Of a stretch of 64,000 nucleotides of DNA, positions 32,301-41,045 are shown piece after piece. The translations under genes and the position numbers were made by a program. This stretch comes from an uncultured delta proteobacterium (GTDB taxonomy: Bacteria; Myxococcota; Myxococcia; Myxococcales; Anaeromyxobacteraceae), in assembly GCA_963828255.1 (NCBI GenBank), contig CAWHDZ010000017.1, forward strand, positions 64,001 to 128,000, written 5' to 3'. How positions within the stretch are numbered: position 1 is the first letter of the stretch; the number at the start of each line of letters is the position of its first letter. A model generated the notes under the pieces. The model was not told the origin of the DNA and did no database searches. It saw nothing but the letters and a program-made list of their open reading frames with translations.

Positions 32301-34306
32301 TTGCTGTTCACGTCGCCGTTGAAGTTGGCGGAGATCGTCCTGGGGCCGCAGGTCACCTGCGGCTGGTTCGCTGCGGTCTCGGTCGGGTCGCAGCCGTTCA
32401 TGAACTCGTCGAAGAGGTTCACCTGGTAGAGGTGCCCCTCCCAGAACGGCGCCACCTCGTTGGGCTTGAAGCGGGTGATGAAGGCTTCGGAGGAGACGGC
32501 GTGGATGGTGGAGAGCGAGCTCGCTGCAGGGGCGCTGAAGGAGTTCGCCCGGTTGTTGTAGGACTGCACCGTCCTGGTGAGGGCGTCGGCGAGCTGCTTT
32601 CCGTCGTCGGCGTTGATGTAGGTGCCGCCGCCCATGTTGGCGACCGCGTTGAGGATGTTCCGGGCGGCGCCCGCCGGGAGGTTGATGCTGATGGGGCTGA
32701 CGCTCACCACCTGCTTGAGGACCGGCTCGATGAGGCCGGGGCGGAGGTCGTTGTTGTTGAGCCAGTAGGCGATGCGGGGAATGACCGACTGGCGGTTGTC
32801 GGCGGGCGAGATGCAGTTCGACCCGGTCGGCCCGCAGTTGGCGAAGTACGGGCCATCCATGTACGTGTCGAAGAGGTTGGGGATGGGCGTGGGCGTCGTG
32901 TCGTTCTCGTTGGGCGACCCGTCGGTCACGAGGATCACGGCGCTCGTCTGGCACGACCAGCAGATGGAGCACTGGTCCGTGGTCACCCAGGGGGCGTTCA
33001 TCATGCCCCTGGCGGTCTGGGTGAAGTCCACCCTCGGGTTGTAGGGGGAGGCCGGGCTGGTGAGCTCGTAGGCCGCGCCGAATCCGGAGAAGGTCGTCGA
33101 GCCCGCGCCGTTCCGGTAGAGGTTCGGCTGGCTCAGGTATTGCCCCATCCGGAAGAGACCGGCGGACATGGGCGTCCCGCCGCTCAACAGGCTGGGGAGG
33201 CCCCCGGTGGGCCAGTTCCTGTGATTCAGGGCGTCGAGGATGAGCTGGCGCGCCGTGGCCATGGCCGCCTTGTTGGCGGTAGAGTCGGCCGGGTAGGAGT
33301 GGGCCTTGTCCGGGCCGAGCGGCACGATGATCTGCGCCCCGGTTCCGGTGCTGATGCTGGAGGAGAAGAACGCCAGGCCGAACCGGGCCGAGTCGGAGTT
33401 GCTCGCGGCCTTCGTGGTGTCGATCCAGATCGTGTCCTTGATCACCTTGCGGGCGGACATGAACTTGGGGGGATTGGCGTTGAGCCAGCCACCGCTGAAG
33501 AAGACGACGTCCGACTGCCTGGTGACAGGAGCCCTGCAGGCCCCGTTCCTCCTCTCGACGACCTGGTAGTCGGGTCCCCGATAGAAGTAGAAGCCCGGGA
33601 ACGAAGGGACGGCCGGAGGCGTGGGGAAGGTCGCCGGGGGCGTTCCGCCGAAGAGGCAAGAATTGCAGGCGTCGATCGGAGCGGTGACGTTCAGCGTGAC
33701 CGTGTTCTCCCTGGTGCAGTTGCTGCCCGACATGGAGTAGGTGGAGTACGTGAAGCTCGTCGTGCAGGTGGTCTGGGACGTCGCGCTGGTCTCGTTCCAG
33801 CTGGCGTACCTGTAAACCTTGGACGGCTGGAAGAGGCAGTTGTTGCCGGTGCAGCCCGTTCCCCAGGTGGGCTGGTCGATGAGGCCGTTGCCCGGCTCGA
33901 TGCCGTTGCCCGGATCGACGTAGGTCGCGGTGGGCGCGTAGTCGTGCATCCAGCTGAGGTTGGCGTTGGCGCGAACGTCGCAGGTGCCCGTGTTGACGGC
34001 CATGGTGGGAAACCTGCAACTGGCCAGGAGGTTTGAATTGCTCCAGTCGCCGTCGCCGCACTGGGGAGGCTCGCCCATGGACCCCGACGTGTCGAGCAGG
34101 ATCATGAGGTTGGTCGTGCCCACCGGGAGCGTGAAGAACTGCTCGTCGCCGGCCACGGGGTTGTTCACCGTGGAGGCCAGCGAGGTGGTGGTGTTGGAGC
34201 ACTCGTTCTGGCCGCAGTCGCCGCGCTGGGGCAAGAGGGCGGCCGCCCCGACCACGAGGGAGAGCGCGATCAGGAGGTTTCGTCGATTCGTCTGGGCTGG
34301 GTTCAT
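29341..34306 (-). CDS. pilY1: PilY1 adhesin (vWA + beta-propeller), about 1655 aa; two one-base frameshifts (~31525 and G5 run 31047-31051)
   Basis: Signal peptide; MIDAS LLDTSGSM, GGTPM, ILVTDG; KLGDIFHSSP, VGSNDGMLHAFD, ERWAFVP, YTVDG, DGDGYFD; joined from three reading frames. Confidence 0.9.
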
Positions 34307-34316
34307 GGCGTGTCCT

Positions 34317-34811
34317 CTAGATTCCGAAGCGAATGCCGAACTCGACCTCGAGCTGCCTGCCGCTCGAGGGGTCCCCGTCGATCCCGCCCTGCTGACAGTG
34401 CACCACCACCTTGAGCGGCTTGCCGCCGCCGCCGGTGACGAGCACCCGGTTCGTGATGTCCTGGATCGCGCCCGGGTCGGGGCCGAAGGACGCTCCCGGG
34501 AGGTTCACGACCTGCGTTACCTGGACGCCCGTCTGGTCGAAGTGGCCCCCGACCAGGTTGGTGCTCGCGTCCATTGGCATGTTGAGCGCCGTGAGGGACA
34601 GCGGGGAGATGCCCAGGGCCTTGAACTGGGAGACGATGACCTGGCGCCCGGCGTCGGCGCAGGCCACCAGCGCCTGGGTCTTGCGCGAGGCCGTCGCCCC
34701 GGCCACCTCGCGCGAGGCGAAGCGGATGACGGACACGCCGATGATGGCGATGAGCAGGACCACCAGGACCGACATGACGAGTGCGCTTCCGCGCTGGGAT
34801 CGTGCTTGCAT
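34317..34811 (-). CDS. pilX: Minor pilin PilX-like
   Basis: QRG|SALVMSVLVV class III leader lacking Glu5, typical of PilX; directly upstream of pilY1. Confidence 0.8.
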   Translation of the reverse strand: MQARSQRGSALVMSVLVVLLIAIIGVSVIRFASREVAGATASRKTQALVACADAGRQVIVSQFKALGISPLSLTALNMPMDASTNLVGGHFDQTGVQVTQVVNLPGASFGPDPGAIQDITNRVLVTGGGGKPLKVVVHCQQGGIDGDPSSGRQLEVEFGIRFGI

Positions 34812-34821
34812 GGTCTGCTCC

Positions 34822-36090
34822 TTACCCTCCGCCCACGTTGAGGACGGTCGAGGTCGGCTCGATGGCCGGGAAGAACGGGGCGCGGGCCTCCATGTTCGGG
34901 ATGGCCACGCTGGTCTCGAAGGTGGTGCGGCGGTAGGCCGGGTCTCCCGCGGCGACGGCGGGCCGGTTGCCGGCGGCCGGGATGTTCGCGTCTCCCAGGT
35001 TGGAGTCCACGTTGGGGGAACGCGCCACGATGGCGACCCGGACCGATCGGATGTTGGACGGGTAGTGGTTCCCGCGCGCGAGCGAGAGGCGGGCCGAGGC
35101 GTACGTCGGGATGCCCCCCTCGGTCGGAGCGAACGCGATGCCATCGTCGTCGTTGGCGAGGGCCGCACCCGGGGTCGCCCCGGCCACCTGCGTCCCGGCC
35201 TCGGCCCGCGGGAAAACGTAGGCGATCTGGAAGTCCTCCACGTCCGGCGCCACCACCTCGAGGAGGGGCGCCCCGTCCTGGCGGAGTCCACGGTCGAGCA
35301 TGAGGTAGGGGCGGGAGCGGGCGGAGTTCCAGTCCACCACCTGACCGGCCGCGTCGTAGCTCTGGACGAAGTAGCGGAGCCGGTCCACCTTGAAGAGACG
35401 GGCCATGCCGCCTGGGGAGAAGCAGGTGTCGCCGGTGGCGGGGGCGATGGCCTCGTTCTGGTTCGGGTAGTCGAGATCACTCCCGGGCTCGAGCGTGACC
35501 GTGATCACGGCGTCCTCGGTGACTGCCACCTCGCTGGCGGCCCGGACGTAGGCCCAGACCATGGTTCCGGTGAAGCACACCGCCTGGAAGACCTGGCCGG
35601 CGCGGATGGGCTGGCGGAGCGGTCCGGCGATCTGGATCGAGGTCTCGGAGTCGACGGAGACGATCTGGTGGTTGAAGTAGGGGTCCCGGTACTGGAAGGC
35701 GAGCTCGTCGGGCCCGGCGATGGAGTCGCGGCAGGAGACCGCAGCCCCGCACGCGAAGCCGGTGGTGCCCCCGGAGTCTCCACCGAAGGTGACGGTCTTC
35801 CCCGGCGTCAGGCGGGCCCGGTCCATGGGGACGTTCAGCATCTGTCCGAAGTCGAAGACCATGGCCGGCTCGACCCCGAACCCGGCCATGCGCAGGTCCT
35901 GGGAGACGGTTCCCAGCGCCATGCGCCCGGTCTCTTGGAGGGCGCGGTCCGTCGAGGAGCCCTGGAAGCTGCGCTTCTGCCCCTGCAGCATCAGGACGCC
36001 GGCGGCGATGGCGACGAGCGAGACCACCACGCCGATGAGCAGCTCGACCAGCGTGAAGCCAGCCTGGGACTTGGGTCTGCGGGAGTTCAC
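34822..36090 (-). CDS. pilW: Minor pilin PilW-like
   Basis: AG|FTLVELLIG, DLRMAGFG, VEDFQIAY, IRSVRVAIVAR. Confidence 0.88.
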   Translation of the reverse strand: MNSRRPKSQAGFTLVELLIGVVVSLVAIAAGVLMLQGQKRSFQGSSTDRALQETGRMALGTVSQDLRMAGFGVEPAMVFDFGQMLNVPMDRARLTPGKTVTFGGDSGGTTGFACGAAVSCRDSIAGPDELAFQYRDPYFNHQIVSVDSETSIQIAGPLRQPIRAGQVFQAVCFTGTMVWAYVRAASEVAVTEDAVITVTLEPGSDLDYPNQNEAIAPATGDTCFSPGGMARLFKVDRLRYFVQSYDAAGQVVDWNSARSRPYLMLDRGLRQDGAPLLEVVAPDVEDFQIAYVFPRAEAGTQVAGATPGAALANDDDGIAFAPTEGGIPTYASARLSLARGNHYPSNIRSVRVAIVARSPNVDSNLGDANIPAAGNRPAVAAGDPAYRRTTFETSVAIPNMEARAPFFPAIEPTSTVLNVGGG

Positions 36091-36629
36091 AGGCGGTCCT
36101 CCGGGTTGACCTTGAATCCGTGGAGCACGACGCGGCGCCAGGCGCCCCCCTGGGGCCAGCGGACGATCACCGCGACGCGCATCCCGTCGGCCACGCCGTT
36201 CCCCGCAGAGTCGATGAGGGCGCCCGCGTCGTCGTTGGTCGAGACGTTCCAGTAGCGCTCGAACCCGCCCGTGGCGAGCCCGGCGGTGGGGATCCCGTTC
36301 CAGTCGCCTCCGGCGGTCAGGTCGGCCTCGGCGTGATCGAAGGGTGGGGTCGTGCCATAGCCCTCGAAGAGCCGGGTGTCGTCCCCCAGGTCGGAGTCGT
36401 TCGCGGTGTTGACGTTGGCGACCCGGACGTCCGCGTAGTCCCAGCTCTGGACCTGGTTCATGAGGTCCTGGGCGATGGCGGTGGCGCGGGTGATCTCGCG
36501 GGCCTCGCTCTGCAGGCGGAGCCCGGTGGAGTGGAGGCTCAGCATTCCGGTGGCGCCCACCAGCAAAACCACCATGGCGACCATGGCCTCGATCAGGGAG
36601 ACTCCCCGCTCGCCTCGACGTGAGCGCAT
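36087..36629 (-). CDS. pilV: Minor pilin PilV-like
   Basis: RG|VSLIEAMVAMVVL leader, FERYWNV, VIVRW; RBS AGGAG before ATG 36629. Confidence 0.85.
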   Translation of the reverse strand: MRSRRGERGVSLIEAMVAMVVLLVGATGMLSLHSTGLRLQSEAREITRATAIAQDLMNQVQSWDYADVRVANVNTANDSDLGDDTRLFEGYGTTPPFDHAEADLTAGGDWNGIPTAGLATGGFERYWNVSTNDDAGALIDSAGNGVADGMRVAVIVRWPQGGAWRRVVLHGFKVNPEDRL

Positions 36630-36637
36630 CGCTCCTC

Positions 36638-37325
36638 CTAGCCGCCCTGGTTGTGAAGGGTCACGGAGCCGGTGCCCGACGTGACGATGATGGTGCGCTG
36701 GCCGCCGACCTCGGGCGCCGCCAGGGACAGGCTGCCGCCGACGACGTTGGCGGCCGGCTGACCGAGGCCGGTGTTGCCGGAGTAGAAGGAGGCCCGGCCG
36801 CGGGAGTCGAAGCGGATGGCGCCACGCCGGTCGCCGTCCGCCTTGCAGAAGGAGCAATCGACGTTGATGGGGATCGCCGCCATGGGCGCGACCAGCGCCG
36901 CCGAGGACCCGGCCCCGGCGGACGGACCGACCACGACGTTGCGCGGGAGGTCGTAGTCGGCGACGATCGTGCTCCGGCCGGCGCGCGGGAGCGCGGCTGC
37001 GTCGTAGCCGGCGAAGTTGATCGTCGCCGCGTCGGAGAAGAGGTCGGCGTTCCCGTCTCTCGTACACGACCACCCGGCCGGTGCTTCCCGATCCGGCGAA
37101 GTTCGGGAAGACCATCACCGCCACGTCGTTGCCGGTGGCCAGCGCGTGCTGCCGCGCGCCATGGACGAGCGCGACCAGCTCGCTCGTGGCGTCGGCCAGC
37201 TGGGCGCGGGGGCGCAGGCGCCAGAGGTTCGACCAGGCGATCGCCGCCAGCGCCGCCATGATGGCGATGACGATCATGAGCTCGATGATGGTGAAGGCGT
37301 GTGCGGATGTGGGGCGCTGTCGCAT
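36638..37325 (-). CDS. fimU: Minor pilin FimU/FimT-like; frameshift near 37058
   Basis: HA|FTIIELMIVIAI leader, ARQHALATG, then after a frame change DGNADLFS...IRFDSRGRA...IVTSGTG. Confidence 0.8.
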
Positions 37326-37495
37326 GTGGCGTGACCTCGATCGATTTCCATGCAAGCCGTGGGCGAGCGGAACCGCCGCGATGGAGCGGAAATGAGACGT
37401 GAATCCGGGCCCATCCGTCCCAGGATCCTCGCGGGCAACCCCGGTGGGACTGCAAGAAGTGGCGGGTGTGAAAAGGTTGCAGCCTCGGGCCTTCG

Positions 37496-38257
37496 TCAGC
37501 GCAGGTCCCGCTTCTCGAAGGCGAAGGAGGCGAGGGCCAGCGCGCTGGCAGCGTAGAGGGCCCCGTAGCCGGCGGCGAGCCAGGCGCCCGGCGGCGGCGG
37601 CGTCCGGTAGACGACGGCGGCGTTGAGCGAGAGAGCGCCCAGGTTCGGGACCAGGTACCAGACGAGCGTCGCGACCCAGGTTGCGTCCCCCTGCCAGATG
37701 GCCCGCACCTCGCCGGAGAGGTGCCCCGCGATGGCGATGGCCAGCGTGAAGATCGCGGCCAGCGTGGTGCTGGTCAGGGCCGAGAAGAGGATGGCCACCG
37801 CGGCGACCACGAGGAGCTGCACGCCCAGCATGGCGATGGCGCCGAGCAGGCTCATGTCGAGGGGTCGTGCCGACCCGGCCTCGACGGCGAGCACGGCGGC
37901 GAGGACGAGCGCCATGACGGCCAGGTTCGCCAGCAGCGACGCGGAGAGTCCCAGGTAGCGTCCGACCAGGTACTGGGTGCGCGTGATGGGCTTGGCGATC
38001 ACCGGCAGGAGGACGCGGCGCTCGATGTCTCCGGCCACCATGGAGGAGCCGACGAAGACTGCGATGAGGGTGCCGATCGCGGTGGCCGCGGAGAGCCCCA
38101 GGTCGGCGAGGATCCGGTGCTGCTCGCCGATGGTCAGCTTCGAGATCATGAAGCTCGCCGCGATGATCAGGGAGCCGAAGAGGAGCAGGTTCACCTGGAC
38201 CTTGCGCCGCAGGACCTCCCGCAGCGTGACGAGCGCGATGGAGAGGGTGGCCTTCAT
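37496..38257 (-). CDS. pilI: ABC transporter permease, PilI-like
   Basis: IALVTLREVLR, DIERR.....AKPITR.QYLVGRYLG, six TM helices, FEKRDL. Confidence 0.85.
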   Translation of the reverse strand: MKATLSIALVTLREVLRRKVQVNLLLFGSLIIAASFMISKLTIGEQHRILADLGLSAATAIGTLIAVFVGSSMVAGDIERRVLLPVIAKPITRTQYLVGRYLGLSASLLANLAVMALVLAAVLAVEAGSARPLDMSLLGAIAMLGVQLLVVAAVAILFSALTSTTLAAIFTLAIAIAGHLSGEVRAIWQGDATWVATLVWYLVPNLGALSLNAAVVYRTPPPPGAWLAAGYGALYAASALALASFAFEKRDLR

Positions 38258-39150
38258 GGCTTTCGGGTTTCCTTGGAGGCTGGGTAGACGGCGGGGGCTT
38301 CGGGCATCTGGTCGCGCCTCTCGGGTCGTGCGAAGCGGTACGGGTTCGCCGTGGACCGGACGCGGCCCTCCTCGTCCAGGTAGAGCTCGCCGCCGAACGG
38401 GTCCCGTGGGATGGAGGGGAGGAGCCCTTCCGAGACCAGCTGTCCGAGGGCGAGCGGTCCGGCGAGGTACCGGGCCCGCCAGTCCGACATGGCGTCCTCG
38501 ACCTTCGAGGCGTCGAGCTCGAGGCGGGCCTGCTGAAGCTGCGACTCGAGCGCCTTCTGGGTGTCGGGGTCCTTCGCCTCCGTCAACGCCTGCTCGAGGA
38601 AGGCGACGGCGGCGTCGGCCCGCTTCCCCTTCACGTAGTAGGCGAGGACGTTCTGGCGAACGTGCGGGGGAGCGCCGGGGGTGCGCGCCGCCACCTCGGC
38701 CCACCTCCCGGCCTCCTTCCAGTCATCCTGGTAGTAGAAGGCGTTGAAGGCCCGGTGGTAGGGGAGGATGTAGCGGTCGGGCACGGCCCGCGTGCCCTTC
38801 TCCAGGATCCGGTTCGACTCGTCGATGCGACCGACGCTGGAGAGGATCGCCCCCGCCACCTGGTAGGCGTAGCCGTGCTTCGGATCGAGGTCGGTCACCG
38901 CGTCCACCAGCGGGAAGAGCTTGTCCCACCCCCGCTCGTTGCCTCGGACCTCCCCGATGTACTGGACGGCCCGCAGCCAGTTCACGTCGGCCGCCAGCGT
39001 CCGGTTCCCCAGGAAGAGGAACGCCAGCGGGCCGGCGCGAGGGACCGCATCGATGTCGTAGGGGCGTTCCTGCGCGACGTGGAGCCGGCTGGCGGCGAAG
39101 GTCGTGGCCGCTGCCAGGGCGACGAAGAGGAGGAAGCGGAGGGCGAGCAC
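38254..39150 (-). CDS. pilG: PilG-like (myxobacterial type) membrane-anchored helical/TPR-like protein
   Basis: N-terminal TM, LAADVNWLRAVQY, TDLDP, ILEKG, FNAFYY, P.DPFGG; directly downstream of pilA. Start inferred. Confidence 0.75.
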   Translation of the reverse strand: MLALRFLLFVALAAATTFAASRLHVAQERPYDIDAVPRAGPLAFLFLGNRTLAADVNWLRAVQYIGEVRGNERGWDKLFPLVDAVTDLDPKHGYAYQVAGAILSSVGRIDESNRILEKGTRAVPDRYILPYHRAFNAFYYQDDWKEAGRWAEVAARTPGAPPHVRQNVLAYYVKGKRADAAVAFLEQALTEAKDPDTQKALESQLQQARLELDASKVEDAMSDWRARYLAGPLALGQLVSEGLLPSIPRDPFGGELYLDEEGRVRSTANPYRFARPERRDQMPEAPAVYPASKETRKP

Positions 39151-39195
39151 GCGGACGAAGTCTAGGCCGTCCCTGGCGAGCGATCCAGAAAGGCG

Positions 39196-39223
39196 GAGGG
39201 CCGCCCGTTGCCGGACGGCCCTC
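39196..39223 (-). terminator. Hairpin downstream of pilA (terminator or mRNA-stabilising stem)
   Basis: Minus strand GAGGGCCGTCCG-GCAA-CGGGCGGCCCTC followed by CGCCTTTC. Confidence 0.65.
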
Positions 39224-39250
39224 GCAGGTGCTGCGTGCGGTGGACGACGA

Positions 39251-39842
39251 CTAGAAGACGTTGTCGCCGGAGATGCGGATCGGCGTGCCGAGCGGCTGCT
39301 GCCCGGCCGTGTTGCCGACGATGGTCCCGCCGCCGCGGCAGGCTGCGGTGCCCGCGGCTGTTGCGACGCTATCCTGGGTCTTGAAGAGGGCCACGCAGGC
39401 GGTCTGGCCGTCGCCGTCGATGTCGGCGCCAGCGGAGAGCGCCAGGTTGGAGCCGGCCGTGCCGGCGACGACGGCGGAGTAGCAGCCGTAGGTGCTGCCC
39501 TCGACCACCCAGTCGATGCTGATTGGCGGCGGCGATGTCGGTGGTCTCCCAGGTGTTCTTGGTGGTGCCGGCGACGCAGGCGGCCGGGACCACGAGGCCG
39601 GCGTACTGGCCAGTGGCGCCTTCGTTTCCGGTGGGGGACCCGAGAGGAACGGCGCGCTCGGACTGCTTCAGCGACTCTTCCGACTTGAAGAGGGCGCTCA
39701 CGTTGGTGGGCAGCTCGCCGAACTTGGCGCGCAGCTGGTACTTGAGGAAGTTGGGGATCGCGATGGCCGCCAGGATGCCGATGATGGCGACGACGATCAT
39801 GAGCTCGATCAGGGTGAAGCCCTTCATCATCTTCTTCTTCAT
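39251..39842 (-). CDS. pilA: Major type IVa pilin (about 196 aa); frameshift near 39520
   Basis: MKKKMMKG|FTLIELMIVVAIIGILAAIAIPNF; continues in a second frame IDWVVEGSTYGCY...ADIDGDG...DNVF; RBS GGAGAGAG. Confidence 0.92.
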
Positions 39843-39943
39843 GGTCTCTCTCCTCCACGTTGGGTCGGAGGGAGCCAGGAGGGCCCCGCCGACTGGAATC
39901 GGACGCCATCGAGCGTCCGCAGCACTGTTCGGAAGGGTTACCT

Positions 39944-39960
39944 AGCATCGACAGTGCCAA
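39944..39960 (-). promoter_or_regulatory. Sigma54 promoter of pilA
   Basis: Minus strand TTGGCACTGTCGATGCT: GG-N10-GC, about 100 bp upstream of the pilA ATG. Confidence 0.8.
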
Positions 39961-40044
39961 GCCCCGGGTTGGCGCAACCCCGCGAAGTCCCGGATGTGGG
40001 TCGCGCTCTCCTGACGCCCCACGGCAACCGTCCCCTCCCTCGGA

Positions 40045-40059
40045 TGACGTTTTCCGTCA
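40045..40059. promoter_or_regulatory. Candidate PilR enhancer site
   Basis: Palindrome TGACG-TTTTC-CGTCA about 85 bp upstream of the sigma54 -24 element; a further half site TGACA at about 40083. Confidence 0.5.
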
Positions 40060-40118
40060 CCTCGGGGAGGCGGTCCAGGTTTTGACAGGCGATGGGTTGC
40101 GAAAGATCATCCCGGCCA

Positions 40119-41042
40119 ATGGGTCAGATAATCCTGAAGACCGAGAAGCTCTCCAAGACCTTCGAGGTCGGCGTGCGCCGCAAGCGCGTACAGGCAGTGA
40201 AGGACCTCGACCTGGCCGTGGAGGAGGGGGAGATCTTCGGCTTCGTGGGGCCGAACGGGGCCGGCAAGACCACCACCATCAAGATGCTCATGGGGCTCAT
40301 CTTCCCCAGCTCCGGGAAGGCCTTCATCTACGACACGGCCATCCCCTCGGCCGAGGCCAAGCGGCGCATCGGCTTCCTCCCGGAGAACCCCTCCTACTAC
40401 GAGTTCCTGACCGGCCGCGAGGCGCTGCGCTTCTTCGGGGAGCTCTCCGGCGTCCCGGCGTCGGCGATCTCCGGGCGCACCGAGGAACTCCTCGAGCTGG
40501 TGGGGCTCACCCCGGCCGCAGACCGGCAGATCCGGAAGTACTCGAAGGGCATGCAACAGCGGCTCGGAATCGCCCAGGCGCTGGTGGGCGACCCGTCCTT
40601 CGTGGTGCTCGACGAGCCCATGAGCGGGCTCGACCCCATCGGCCGCAAGGACGTCCGCGACCTCATCCTGGAGCTGAAGCGCCGGGGGAAGACGGTCCTC
40701 TTCTCCACCCATATCCTCCCCGACGTGGAGAGCCTCTGCGACCGGGTGGGCGTGATCATCGGCGGCCAGCTGCGCGACGTGGGTCGCATCGGGGAGCTGC
40801 TCTCTCCGCGGGTGAAATCGGTGGAGCTCACCGTGGACGGGGGAGAGGGCCCGGTGGCCGACCTCGCGCCCGGCCGCGTGATCGCCAGGGACGGGGGGCG
40901 CCTGACCCTGTCCTACCCGGACGAGGAGGCCGCCCAGCTTGCGGTCCGGGCGACGCTGTCGCGGGGAGGGCGGCTCGTCTCGATGACCCCGCACCGGGAG
41001 ACGCTGGAGGACCTCTTCGTGCGGCGCGCCGCGGGGAAGTAG
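40119..41042 (+). CDS. pilH: ABC transporter ATP-binding protein, PilH-like
   Basis: GPNGAGKTT, YSKGMQQR, LDEPMSGLDP, STH. Confidence 0.88.
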   Translation: MGQIILKTEKLSKTFEVGVRRKRVQAVKDLDLAVEEGEIFGFVGPNGAGKTTTIKMLMGLIFPSSGKAFIYDTAIPSAEAKRRIGFLPENPSYYEFLTGREALRFFGELSGVPASAISGRTEELLELVGLTPAADRQIRKYSKGMQQRLGIAQALVGDPSFVVLDEPMSGLDPIGRKDVRDLILELKRRGKTVLFSTHILPDVESLCDRVGVIIGGQLRDVGRIGELLSPRVKSVELTVDGGEGPVADLAPGRVIARDGGRLTLSYPDEEAAQLAVRATLSRGGRLVSMTPHRETLEDLFVRRAAGK

Positions 41043-41045
41043 CCG

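Noticed and set aside
37326..37495. Sigma54 promoter upstream of fimU (two TTGCA motifs on the minus strand)
   Set aside because: Neither has the required GG at -24.
39251..39842. PilA as an electrically conductive (e-pilin) type
   Set aside because: It is a long pilin with only about 12 aromatic residues in about 188 (roughly 6%) and long aromatic-free gaps, unlike short aromatic-dense Geobacter-type pilins.
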